Source of the DNA: a virus
Direction: 5' to 3' (one strand)
UHGV virus genome: UHGV-0008758
DNA: 17,779 nucleotides
Numbering within the stretch: position 1 is the first letter of the stretch; each line of letters begins with the position of its first letter. The notes beneath the pieces were generated by a model. That model was not told where the DNA came from. It did not search any database and saw only the letters and a program-made list of their open reading frames with translations. Of the stretch, positions 1 to 7,920 are shown piece after piece. Made by a program: the position numbers and the translations under genes.

Positions 1-450
1 CCTGCCAGTCTGGGCACTGAAATGCTGACATTCAGCGCCAGTGCAGCCCATAACCCGCTGGCAAACCGCAAGCAGAACCCCGCCAATCTCTTTACCGCTG
101 CAGAGGAAACGGTGATCGAACTGGAAGAAGTCCAGGACGAAAAACCATCCCTGTTTGCCCGTGTCACGGCGCTGTTCACCAAAAAAGAGCAGTCCGATGA
201 TGCCCGGTTCTCTGATGTGCATAAGGCCGTGGAGCTGGTCGCCACTGAGCAGCAAAACCTGAGTGCGCGCACCGAAAAATCCCTGTCTGAACAGGAAGAA
301 CGCCTGTCTGAGCTGGAGACAGCCCTGCAGGCACAGCTGACCACCTTTAATGAACTGGTGGACAAGCTGAGCCATGAAGACAGCCGCCAGGACTACCGCC
401 AGCGTGCAACAGGCGGTAATGCCCCCGCTGACACTCTGACAAATTGCTGA
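1..450 (+). CDS. O: capsid scaffolding protein GpO, C-terminal part (5' end lies outside the window)
   Basis: Frame 1 is open from position 1 to TGA at 448-450; charged, coiled-coil-like C-terminus; sits directly upstream of the major capsid gene as in the P2 O-N-M-L order. Confidence 0.75.
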   Translation, partial: PASLGTEMLTFSASAAHNPLANRKQNPANLFTAAEETVIELEEVQDEKPSLFARVTALFTKKEQSDDARFSDVHKAVELVATEQQNLSARTEKSLSEQEERLSELETALQAQLTTFNELVDKLSHEDSRQDYRQRATGGNAPADTLTNC

Positions 451-466
451 TGGAGCACAAAACCTG

Positions 467-1525
467 ATGAAGAAGAATACCCGCTTTGCTTTTAACGCTT
501 ACCTGCAGCAGCTGGCGCGTCTGAACGGTGTGGCAGTTGAAGAACTGTCCAGCAAGTTCACTGTGGAGCCGTCTGTGCAGCAGACGCTGGAAGACCAAAT
601 CCAGCAGTCCGCCGCTTTCCTGACGCTGATTAACGTCACGCCAGTGACTGAGCAGTCCGGTCAGCTGCTGGGGCTGGGTGTTGGCAGCACCATTGCCGGA
701 ACCACTGACACCACCGCGAAAGAGCGTGAACCTGTCGATCCGACGCTGATGGTCGATGTGGAATACAAATGCGAACAGACCAACTTTGACACGGTACTGA
801 CCTACGCGAAGCTGGACCTGTGGGCGAAGTTTCAGGATTTTCAGGTGCGTATCCGTGACGCCATCGTGAAACGTCAGGCACTGGACCGCATCATGATCGG
901 CTTTAACGGCGTGAAGCGTGCGAAAACCTCCAACCGTAGCGAAAACCCGCTACTGCAGGATGTGAATAAAGGCTGGCTGCAGAAAATCCGTGAGGATGCA
1001 CCGGATCACGTCATGGGCAGCACCACCACGGGCGGTGAAACCACACCGGGTGCGGTGAAAGTCGGGAAAGGTGGCGAATATGCCAACCTGGACGCCGTGG
1101 TGATGGATGCGGTCAATGAGCTTATCGACGTGGTCTACCAGGACGATGACGATCTGGTGGTGATTTGCGGGCGTGAACTGCTGTCTGACAAGTATTTCCC
1201 GCTGGTCAACAAAGAGCAGGAAAACAGTGAAAAACTGGCTGCCGATATGATCATCAGTCAGAAACGCATGGGTGGCCTGCAGGCCGTGCGTGCGCCGTTC
1301 TTCCCGCCGAATGCACTGCTGATCACCCGTCTGGATAACCTGTCCATCTACTGGCAGGAAGACACCCGCCGCCGCTCAGTTATCGACAACCCGAAACGTG
1401 ACCGGATTGAAAACTTTGAATCCGTTAACGAAGCCTATGTAGTTGAGGACTACCGCTGCGCCGCACTGGTGGAAAACATCCAGATTGGCGACTTCAGCGC
1501 CGCCGCAGCAGAAGCCGGAGCGTAA
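467..1525 (+). CDS. N: major capsid protein GpN
   Basis: 352-aa ORF with GGAG about 10 nt upstream of ATG; size and position match P2 gpN (about 357 aa); synteny O-N-M. Confidence 0.9.
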   Translation: MKKNTRFAFNAYLQQLARLNGVAVEELSSKFTVEPSVQQTLEDQIQQSAAFLTLINVTPVTEQSGQLLGLGVGSTIAGTTDTTAKEREPVDPTLMVDVEYKCEQTNFDTVLTYAKLDLWAKFQDFQVRIRDAIVKRQALDRIMIGFNGVKRAKTSNRSENPLLQDVNKGWLQKIREDAPDHVMGSTTTGGETTPGAVKVGKGGEYANLDAVVMDAVNELIDVVYQDDDDLVVICGRELLSDKYFPLVNKEQENSEKLAADMIISQKRMGGLQAVRAPFFPPNALLITRLDNLSIYWQEDTRRRSVIDNPKRDRIENFESVNEAYVVEDYRCAALVENIQIGDFSAAAAEAGA

Positions 1526-1528
1526 ACC

Positions 1529-2179
1529 ATGAGCCTGAGTCCCGCACGGCAGCATCGCCTGCGCGTTCAGGCTGAACAGGCCGCCCGTGAGGGCGGCAGT
1601 GTTCGCCACGCGTCGGGCTATGACCTGATGCTGCTGCAACTGGCGGAAGACCGCCGCCGTCTCAAGGGCGTTCAGTCCACGGTGAAAAAAGCGGAAATAA
1701 AGGTGGAGCTGCTGCCGAAATATGCCGCCTGGGCGGAGGGCGTCCTGGCTGCCGGAGGCGCTCAACAGGATGACGTGCTGATGTACGTGATGCTGTGGCG
1801 CATTGATGCCGGAGATTATGCCGGGGCGCTGGAGATCGGGCGTCATGCCCTGCGTCATGGCTGGGTGATGCCGCTGGGTAACCGCAACGTGCAGACCGTG
1901 CTGGCAGAGGAAATGGCAGACGCCGCGCAGAGCGCAATGCTTGCCGCCACCGGCTTTGATGCCGATCTGTTGCTGCAGACGCTGGAGCTGACAGACGGTC
2001 TGGATATGCCGGACCAGTCACGGGCTCGTCTGCATAAAGCGATTGGCGCGGTCCTGAGTGAAAGCAATCCGGCGTCTGCCCTTAATCATCTCAACCATGC
2101 GTTACAGCTCGATCCCCGCTGTGGCGTGAAAAAAGACAAACAGCAGCTGGAGCGCAGACTGCGCAATGACAGCCGCTGA
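1529..2179 (+). CDS. M: terminase small (endonuclease) subunit GpM
   Basis: 216-aa ORF starting 4 nt after the N stop, GGAG 7 nt upstream; Arg-rich N-terminus; position matches P2 gpM. Confidence 0.8.
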   Translation: MSLSPARQHRLRVQAEQAAREGGSVRHASGYDLMLLQLAEDRRRLKGVQSTVKKAEIKVELLPKYAAWAEGVLAAGGAQQDDVLMYVMLWRIDAGDYAGALEIGRHALRHGWVMPLGNRNVQTVLAEEMADAAQSAMLAATGFDADLLLQTLELTDGLDMPDQSRARLHKAIGAVLSESNPASALNHLNHALQLDPRCGVKKDKQQLERRLRNDSR

Positions 2180-2274
2180 CAGAACGTGCCCCCGCGCACG
2201 GGCGGCACGGGGTGGCGAAAGGCACTGCCACATCAAAACCCCGTCCACCGCCCTCTATTTCAGGAGAAAGCAGC

Positions 2275-2739
2275 ATGAAGTTTGTTGCGCCAGAACAGGC
2301 ACCGGAACAGGCGGAAATCATCAGAAATACGCCGTTCTGGCCTGATGTGGACCTGTCGGAGTTTCGCAGTGTCATGCGCACTGACGGCACGGTGACGCAG
2401 CCGCGTTTAAAGCAGGTTGCGCTGTCGGCAATTTCGGAGGTCAACGCAGAGCTGTATGAGTTTCGCAGACGCCAGCAGATGCTGGGGTATACCTCGCTGG
2501 CAGAGGTTCCGGCGGAACAGCTGGACGGCAAAAGTGAGCGCATTCAGCACTATTTCAACGCGGTTTACTGCTGGGCACGCGCCATGCTCAACGAACGTTA
2601 CCAGGACTATGACGCCACGGCATCCGGTGTGAAGCGGGGCGAGGAACTGGCGGAAGCCAGCGGTGATTTATGGCGTGACGCCCGCTGGGCCATCAGCCGG
2701 GTACAGGACGCGCCGCACTGCACAGTGGAGCTTATCTGA
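2275..2739 (+). CDS. L: head completion/stabilization protein GpL
   Basis: The track ORF 2212-2739 is trimmed to ATG 2275 (MKFVAPEQ...), which follows a strong RBS (caggagaaagcagc); about 154 aa versus P2 gpL 169 aa. Confidence 0.8.
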   Translation: MKFVAPEQAPEQAEIIRNTPFWPDVDLSEFRSVMRTDGTVTQPRLKQVALSAISEVNAELYEFRRRQQMLGYTSLAEVPAEQLDGKSERIQHYFNAVYCWARAMLNERYQDYDATASGVKRGEELAEASGDLWRDARWAISRVQDAPHCTVELI

Positions 2740-2942
2740 TGAAAGTGCGTGCGCATCAGTATGACACGGTGGACGCGCTTTGCTGGCGTCATTACGGGCG
2801 CACGCAGGGTGTCACGGAGCAGGTACTGAAGGCAAATCCGGGGCTTGCCGAATATGGCCCCTTTTTACCTCACGGGCTGCAGGTGGAGCTGCCGGACATT
2901 CCGACAACCACCACCGTGCAGACCGTCCAGCTATGGGACTGA
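2739..2942 (+). CDS. X: tail protein X
   Basis: 67-aa ORF, the same length as P2 gpX; ATGA start/stop overlap with L suggests translational coupling. Confidence 0.85.
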   Translation: MKVRAHQYDTVDALCWRHYGRTQGVTEQVLKANPGLAEYGPFLPHGLQVELPDIPTTTTVQTVQLWD

Positions 2943-2945
2943 ATT

Positions 2946-3161
2946 ATGACGCTTGAACGAATCAGCGCCTTTATCACTTACTGCATCGCCGTGCTGCTGG
3001 CATGGCTGGGCGATCTGTCGCTCAAGGATGCGTCAACGGTTGGCGGCGTACTGATTGGTGTGCTGATGCTGGCTATCAACTGGTACTACAAACACCAGTC
3101 TTTCAAATTGTTACGTGGCGGCAAAATTTCGCGGGGGGAATATGAATCCTTCAATCGTTAA
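2946..3161 (+). CDS. holin, two predicted transmembrane helices (class II, possibly pinholin-type)
   Basis: 71 aa with two hydrophobic stretches (ISAFITYCIAVLLAWL and VGGVLIGVLMLAINWYY) and a charged C-tail; immediately precedes and overlaps the endolysin gene. Confidence 0.7.
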   Translation: MTLERISAFITYCIAVLLAWLGDLSLKDASTVGGVLIGVLMLAINWYYKHQSFKLLRGGKISRGEYESFNR

Positions 3162-3651
3162 GCGCTGCCTTGTCGGGGCGGTGCTGGCTATCGCCGCCAC
3201 GCTGCCCGGTTTCCAGTCGCTTCATACCTCCGTTGAGGGGCTGAAACTGATCGCCGATTACGAGGGATGCCGCCTGCAGCCTTATCAGTGCAGCGCGGGC
3301 GTGTGGACCGACGGGATCGGCAATACGTCCGGTGTGGTGCCGGGCAAAACTATCACGGAACGGCAGGCGGCGCAGGGACTTATCACCAATGTGCTGCGCG
3401 TGGAGCGGGCGCTGGAAAAATGTGTGGTGCAGCCGATGCCGCAAAAGGTCTATGACGCGGTGGTGTCGTTTGCTTTCAACGTGGGCACCGGCAACGCCTG
3501 CAGCTCCACGCTGGTTAAGTTGCTGAACCAGCGGCGCTGGGCGGATGCCTGCCATCAGCTGCCGCGCTGGGTGTATGTCAAAGGTGTGTTTAATCAGGGG
3601 CTGGACAACCGCCGCGCGCGGGAAATGGCCTGGTGCTTAAAAGGAGCATAA
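3142..3651 (+). CDS. SAR endolysin, T4-lysozyme fold, P1 Lyz-like (Cys-containing signal-anchor-release domain)
   Basis: From ATG 3142 (G-rich SD at 3133-3138): weakly hydrophobic Ala/Gly-rich N-terminus MNPSIVKRCLVGAVLAIAATL; E41-x8-C50-x5-T56 matches the E-8-D/C-5-T lysozyme triad spacing; extra Cys at 9 and 43; GVWTDGIGNT motif. The track start at 3115 is a GTG with no RBS. Confidence 0.8.
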   Translation: MNPSIVKRCLVGAVLAIAATLPGFQSLHTSVEGLKLIADYEGCRLQPYQCSAGVWTDGIGNTSGVVPGKTITERQAAQGLITNVLRVERALEKCVVQPMPQKVYDAVVSFAFNVGTGNACSSTLVKLLNQRRWADACHQLPRWVYVKGVFNQGLDNRRAREMAWCLKGA

Positions 3652-3655
3652 CGGA

Positions 3656-4033
3656 ATGAAAAAGAAAGTCATGAGTGTTTTTTTCCAGCTGGCATGGGCT
3701 GCGCTGTTGGTTATCAGCCTGCTGTATCCGCGCAGCGGTGCGCCGGTTCTGGTTGGTGCGTCTGTCTGGGTGTCATGCTTCCTCGCCTGGCTGCTTGCTG
3801 CGCTGTGCGCTGTCGGGTGGTTCGCCGGAGATCGGGCACGCGATGAGGTCAGGGCGGCATTGCTGAAATTCAGGGCACACCCTGTAAAACCCGTGCGTAC
3901 ATGGATAATCAGGCTGCTTATTGTTCTGTGCCTGGCGTTTTCGGGATGGGTGATCACCCTGGTGTTTTACCTGCTGACGCTGGTTCTGTATCAGATTGCC
4001 CGCGCGCAGCTTCATGAGCCGATGGCGGCCTGA
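3656..4033 (+). CDS. lysA: LysA-like lysis-accessory membrane protein
   Basis: 125 aa with several hydrophobic helices; positioned between endolysin and spanins as in P2. Confidence 0.65.
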   Translation: MKKKVMSVFFQLAWAALLVISLLYPRSGAPVLVGASVWVSCFLAWLLAALCAVGWFAGDRARDEVRAALLKFRAHPVKPVRTWIIRLLIVLCLAFSGWVITLVFYLLTLVLYQIARAQLHEPMAA

Positions 4034-4485
4034 TGCGTGCGCTGGCGGTAGTGCTGGCGCTGGCACTTGCGGCGCTGGGCTGGCAGTCGTGGCGGCTTAA
4101 CAATGCCAGCAACACCATCGAGACGCAGGGCGCGGCGCTGAAAAGCAAAACGCAGGAGCTGACGAAGAAAAACAGCCAGCTGATTGGCCTGTCCATTCTG
4201 ACCGAAACCAACAGCCGGGCGCAGACGCGACTTTATGCAACAGCGGAGCAGACCACCGCATTGCTGCGAAGCCGCCAGCGCCGGATCGAGGAACTGAAAC
4301 GTGAAAACGAGGATTTGCGCCGCTGGGCTGACACTCCTTTGCCTGCTGACATTATCCGGCTGCGGGAGCGTCCGGCCCTCGCCGGAGGTGCAGCTTACCG
4401 TGAGTGGCTGTCCCAGAGTGACGCAGTGCCGCCTGGAAAGGTCAGCGCCGCGCAGCAACGGCGATCTGAATACGGTGCTGGATGA
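4033..4485 (+). CDS. lysB: i-spanin (Rz-like) LysB
   Basis: 150 aa with an N-terminal TM helix (ALAVVLALALAAL), a charged coiled-coil middle and a Pro-rich C-terminus; ATGA overlap with the LysA stop. Confidence 0.8.
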   Translation: MRALAVVLALALAALGWQSWRLNNASNTIETQGAALKSKTQELTKKNSQLIGLSILTETNSRAQTRLYATAEQTTALLRSRQRRIEELKRENEDLRRWADTPLPADIIRLRERPALAGGAAYREWLSQSDAVPPGKVSAAQQRRSEYGAG

Positions 4486-4591
4486 AACCGAGGCCGCCTG
4501 GGCGGTCTGTGCTGACAAAGTGGACACGATTATTGCGTGTCAGGAGCGAGACAGTGAACAAACCGCAGTCCTTACGCAGCGCCCTGAATAA
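4301..4591 (+). CDS. lysC: o-spanin (Rz1-like) outer-membrane lipoprotein LysC
   Basis: 96 aa in the +1 frame inside and extending past lysB; GTG start with GAGGAA RBS; lipobox LTLSGC placing Cys at about residue 21; Pro-rich mature part; same length as P2 LysC. Confidence 0.75.
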   Translation: MKTRICAAGLTLLCLLTLSGCGSVRPSPEVQLTVSGCPRVTQCRLERSAPRSNGDLNTVLDETEAAWAVCADKVDTIIACQERDSEQTAVLTQRPE

Positions 4592-4985
4592 AGCAGTTGC
4601 CTACGTCCGCGATAATCCGGACAAGCTGCACCTTTTCGTTGATAACGGCTCAATGGTGGCAACCGGTGCCAGCTCCATGTCATGGGAGTACCGCTACACC
4701 CTGAATGTGGTGATCGAAGATTTCAGCGGCGACCAGAATCTGCTGATGGCTCCTGTGCTGCTGTGGCTAAGTGACAACCAGCCGGATGCTATCAATAACC
4801 CGGAGCTGCGCGAAAAACTGTTCACCTTTGAAGTGGATATTCTGCGCAACGATGTGTGCGATATCAGCCTGAACCTGCAGCTGACGGAGCGCGTGCTGGT
4901 CAGCACTGACGGCAGCGTGTCGAGCGTTGAAGCGGTGCCGGAGCCGGACGAACCCGAAGAAATGTGGACGGTGAAACGTGGATGA
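4554..4985 (+). CDS. R: tail completion protein GpR
   Basis: GTG 4554 with AGGAG 8 nt upstream gives about 143 aa; the alternative ATG 4482 (ATGA overlap with the lysB stop) would give 167 aa, so the start is uncertain. Position between the lysis genes and S matches P2. Confidence 0.7.
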   Translation: MNKPQSLRSALNKAVAYVRDNPDKLHLFVDNGSMVATGASSMSWEYRYTLNVVIEDFSGDQNLLMAPVLLWLSDNQPDAINNPELREKLFTFEVDILRNDVCDISLNLQLTERVLVSTDGSVSSVEAVPEPDEPEEMWTVKRG

Positions 4986-5424
4986 ACTGCAGAGGATGGA
5001 TGACTGGCTGACGGCGTTACTGGCGAATCTGGAGCCTGCCGCGCGCAGCCGTATGATGCGGCAACTGGCGCAACAACTGCGCCGGACGCAGCAGCAGAAC
5101 ATCAGGCTGCAGCGTAATCCTGACGGCAGCGGCTATGAGCCGCGCCGGGTGACTGCCCGGAGCAAGAAGGGACGCATCAAACGCCAGATGTTTGCAAAGC
5201 TTCGCACCACAAAATACCTGAAAACCGCCGCCAGTGCGGACTCCGCCAGCGTGCAGTTTGATGGCAAGGTGCAGCGCATTGCCCGTGTTCACCATTACGG
5301 CCTGCGGGATCGCGTCAGCCGAAAAGGCCCGGAGGTCCGCTACGCAGAGCGCCGCCTGCTGGGCGTGAATGAAGAAGTGGAAACCGTCACCCGTGACACC
5401 CTGCTGCGCTGGCTGGCGGGGTGA
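4978..5424 (+). CDS. S: tail completion / virion morphogenesis protein GpS
   Basis: 148 aa with a GTG start overlapping the R stop; Arg/Lys-rich; P2 gpS is about 150 aa. Confidence 0.8.
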   Translation: MDELQRMDDWLTALLANLEPAARSRMMRQLAQQLRRTQQQNIRLQRNPDGSGYEPRRVTARSKKGRIKRQMFAKLRTTKYLKTAASADSASVQFDGKVQRIARVHHYGLRDRVSRKGPEVRYAERRLLGVNEEVETVTRDTLLRWLAG

Positions 5425-5428
5425 TCTT

Positions 5429-5446
5429 TGTGCCACCGCTGGTACA
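5429..5446 (+). promoter_or_regulatory. candidate P2-type late promoter activator box (TGT-N12-ACA) upstream of V
   Basis: TGTGCCACCGCTGGTACA in the S-V intergenic gap; shares the TGTGCCA start with the box upstream of FI; P2 late promoters carry a TGT-N12-ACA dyad bound by Ogr. Confidence 0.5.
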
Positions 5447-5492
5447 AGCGCTCGCACTGCCTCCCTTTTCCCTCTGATGGCAACCTTTCGTT

Positions 5493-6071
5493 ATGAACGC
5501 ACAACTGACCGAAATTATGCGCCTTATCACCAACCTGATCCGCACCGGCACCGTGACCGAAGTGGACCGGGAAAACTGGCTGTGCCGGGTGAGAGTGGGC
5601 GAGCTTGAAACCAACTGGATTAACTGGCTGACGCTGCGTGCCGGTGGTGCCCGTACATGGTGGTGTCCGTCGCCGGATGAGCAGGTGGTGCTGCTGAGTA
5701 TGGGCGGCAATCTGGAAACCGCTTTTGCGTTGCCTGCCATCTATTCCAATCAGTTTGCGCCGCCGTCGGACTCCGTGGACGGTTGCGTGACGGAGTACCC
5801 GGACGGAGGCTGGTTTGAGTATGAACCCGCCACCGGGCGGTGGCATGTCCGGGGTATCAAATCCATGGTGATCGAGGCGGCGGACAATATCACTCTCAAA
5901 ACCGGTGAGTTTGTGGTGGAGGCTGACACCACGCGCATTAACAGCGAGATGGTGATCAATGGCGGCGTCACCCAGGGCGGCGGCGCGATGAGTTCCAACG
6001 GGATCGTGGTGGATAAACACGGTCACACTGGCGTTAAGTCCGGCGGCGATACGTCAGGAGGACCGGTATGA
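5493..6071 (+). CDS. V: baseplate central spike protein GpV
   Basis: 192 aa, Gly-rich C-terminus (GGVTQGGGAMSSNGIVVDKHGHTG); position and size match P2 gpV (about 211 aa). Confidence 0.85.
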   Translation: MNAQLTEIMRLITNLIRTGTVTEVDRENWLCRVRVGELETNWINWLTLRAGGARTWWCPSPDEQVVLLSMGGNLETAFALPAIYSNQFAPPSDSVDGCVTEYPDGGWFEYEPATGRWHVRGIKSMVIEAADNITLKTGEFVVEADTTRINSEMVINGGVTQGGGAMSSNGIVVDKHGHTGVKSGGDTSGGPV

Positions 6072-6427
6072 CGCTGTATATCGGCATGAGCCAGGGCAAC
6101 GGCAAGGCCATTACTGATACTGACCATCTGCGCCAGTCAGTGCGGGATATTCTGCTGACCCCACAGGGCAGCCGGATCGCCCGCCGGGAATATGGTTCCC
6201 TGCTATCCGCCCTGATTGACCAGCCGCAGAACCCGGCGCTACGCCTGCAGGTCATGTCTGCGGTCTATGTGGCGCTGAGTCGCTGGGAGCCACGGCTTAC
6301 GCTGGATTCCATCACCATCAGCAGCAATTTTGACGGCTCCATGGTGGTTGAGCTTACCGGGCAGCGCAATAACGGCGCGTCGGTTTCCCTTTCCGTATCA
6401 ACAGGAGCAGACAATGGCAGTGATTGA
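6068..6427 (+). CDS. W: baseplate wedge protein GpW (gp25-like)
   Basis: 119 aa, ATGA overlap with the V stop; P2 gpW is about 115 aa. Confidence 0.85.
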   Translation: MTLYIGMSQGNGKAITDTDHLRQSVRDILLTPQGSRIARREYGSLLSALIDQPQNPALRLQVMSAVYVALSRWEPRLTLDSITISSNFDGSMVVELTGQRNNGASVSLSVSTGADNGSD

Positions 6428-7322
6428 CCTTTCCCAGTTGCCCGCGCCGCAGATAGTGGACGTGCCGGATTTTGAGACGCTGCTGGCTGAGCGCAAGGCC
6501 GCATTTGTGGCCCTTTATCCGGCGGATGAGCAGGACGCGGTGCGGCGCACGCTGGCGCTGGAATCTGAACCCGTCACCAAGCTTCTGCAGGAAAGCACCT
6601 ACCGTGAAATCCTTTTGCGCCAGCGTATTAACGAGGCCGCGCAGGCGGTCATGGTGGCGTATGCCATCGGCGGCGATCTCGATCAGCTGGCAGCCAACTA
6701 CAACGTGAAACGCCTGACGGTAACGCCTGCCGACAACGACGCGGTGCCGCCGGTCGCGGCAGTAATGGAAAGCGATGAGGCACTGCGCCTGCGTGTTCCG
6801 GCTGCGTTTGAAGGTTTGTCCGTTGCAGGACCGACGGCGGCCTATGAGTTTCACGCCAAAAGCGCGGACGGGCGCGTGGCGGATGCCAGCGCAACCAGCC
6901 CGGCACCGGCGGAGGTGGTGCTTACCGTACTGAGCCGTGAGGGTGACGGTACGGCAGAGGCTGATCTGCTGGCGGTGGTGGAGCAGGCGCTTAACAGTGA
7001 GAACGTGCGCCCGGTGGCAGACCGCCTGACGGTGCGCAGCGCCGAAATAATCCCGTACAGCGTGGATGCGACGATCTTTCTTTATCCGGGGCCGGAAGCT
7101 GAGCCGGTGATGGCGGCGGCAAAAGCTAGCCTGCAGAAGTACATCGCCAGCCAGACGCGGCTGGGCCGTGATATCCGTCGCAGCGCCATTTATGCCGCGC
7201 TGCACGTTGAGGGTGTCCAGCGTGTGGAACTGGCCTCCCCGCTGGATGATATGGTGCTGGATAAGACGCAGGCGGCATCCTGTACGGAATGGAGCGTAAC
7301 CAACGGGGGCACGGATGAATAG
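6414..7322 (+). CDS. J: baseplate protein GpJ
   Basis: The track ORF 6330-7322 is trimmed to ATG 6414 (MAVIDLSQ...) after RBS acaggagcagaca; 302 aa, matching P2 gpJ length. Confidence 0.85.
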   Translation: MAVIDLSQLPAPQIVDVPDFETLLAERKAAFVALYPADEQDAVRRTLALESEPVTKLLQESTYREILLRQRINEAAQAVMVAYAIGGDLDQLAANYNVKRLTVTPADNDAVPPVAAVMESDEALRLRVPAAFEGLSVAGPTAAYEFHAKSADGRVADASATSPAPAEVVLTVLSREGDGTAEADLLAVVEQALNSENVRPVADRLTVRSAEIIPYSVDATIFLYPGPEAEPVMAAAKASLQKYIASQTRLGRDIRRSAIYAALHVEGVQRVELASPLDDMVLDKTQAASCTEWSVTNGGTDE

Positions 7323-7920
7323 CCTGCTGCCGCCCGGTTCATCGCCGCTTGAGCGCCGACTGGCGCAGACCTGCAGCGGCATTTCCGATCTGCAGGTGCC
7401 GCTGCGCGACTTGTGGAACCCGGCAACGTGTCCGGTCAGCTTTCTGCCGTATCTGGCGTGGGCGTTTTCCGTCGACCGCTGGGACGAAAGCTGGACGGAG
7501 AGCGTCAAGCGCCGGGTGGTGCAGGACGCTTTCTATATCCATCAGCACAAGGGGACAACCAGCGCTGTGCGGCGCGTGGTGGAGCCGTTCGGCTTCCTGA
7601 TCCGCATCATTGAGTGGTGGCAGACCGGCGAAACGCCGGGGACGTTTCGCCTTGATATTGGCGTGCAGGAACAAGGCATCACGGAAGAAACCTATCTGGA
7701 ACTTGAGCGGCTGATCGGTGATGCCAAACCGTGCAGCCGTCACCTGATCGGCATGTCCATCAACCTGCAGACCAGTGGGCCGTATTTTATGGGGGCTGCC
7801 ACTTACACCGGCGAAGAAATCACGATCTACCCGTATATCAACGAAACCATTATTTCCGGCGGCACCGCTTATGAGGGCGGGGCAGTCCATGTTATTGACA
7901 CAATGAGAGTAAATCCATGA
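7315..7920 (+). CDS. I: baseplate protein GpI
   Basis: 201 aa, start overlapping the J 3' end; synteny J-I-H. Confidence 0.85.
   Translation: MNSLLPPGSSPLERRLAQTCSGISDLQVPLRDLWNPATCPVSFLPYLAWAFSVDRWDESWTESVKRRVVQDAFYIHQHKGTTSAVRRVVEPFGFLIRIIEWWQTGETPGTFRLDIGVQEQGITEETYLELERLIGDAKPCSRHLIGMSINLQTSGPYFMGAATYTGEEITIYPYINETIISGGTAYEGGAVHVIDTMRVNP

Noticed and set aside
2185-2215. GC-rich nested dyad between M and L (GTGCC...GGCAC around CCCG...CGGG)
   Set aside because: No downstream T-tract and it lies inside an operon where termination is not expected; possibly an RNA stability element, but the evidence is insufficient.
5340-6026. 228-aa minus-strand ORF
   Set aside because: Antisense to S and V; spurious frame in GC-rich coding DNA.
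6354-7508. 384-aa minus-strand ORF
   Set aside because: Antisense to J and I, Arg/Cys/His-rich low-complexity translation typical of a spurious frame in GC-rich DNA; no RBS; the region is fully explained by the + strand genes.
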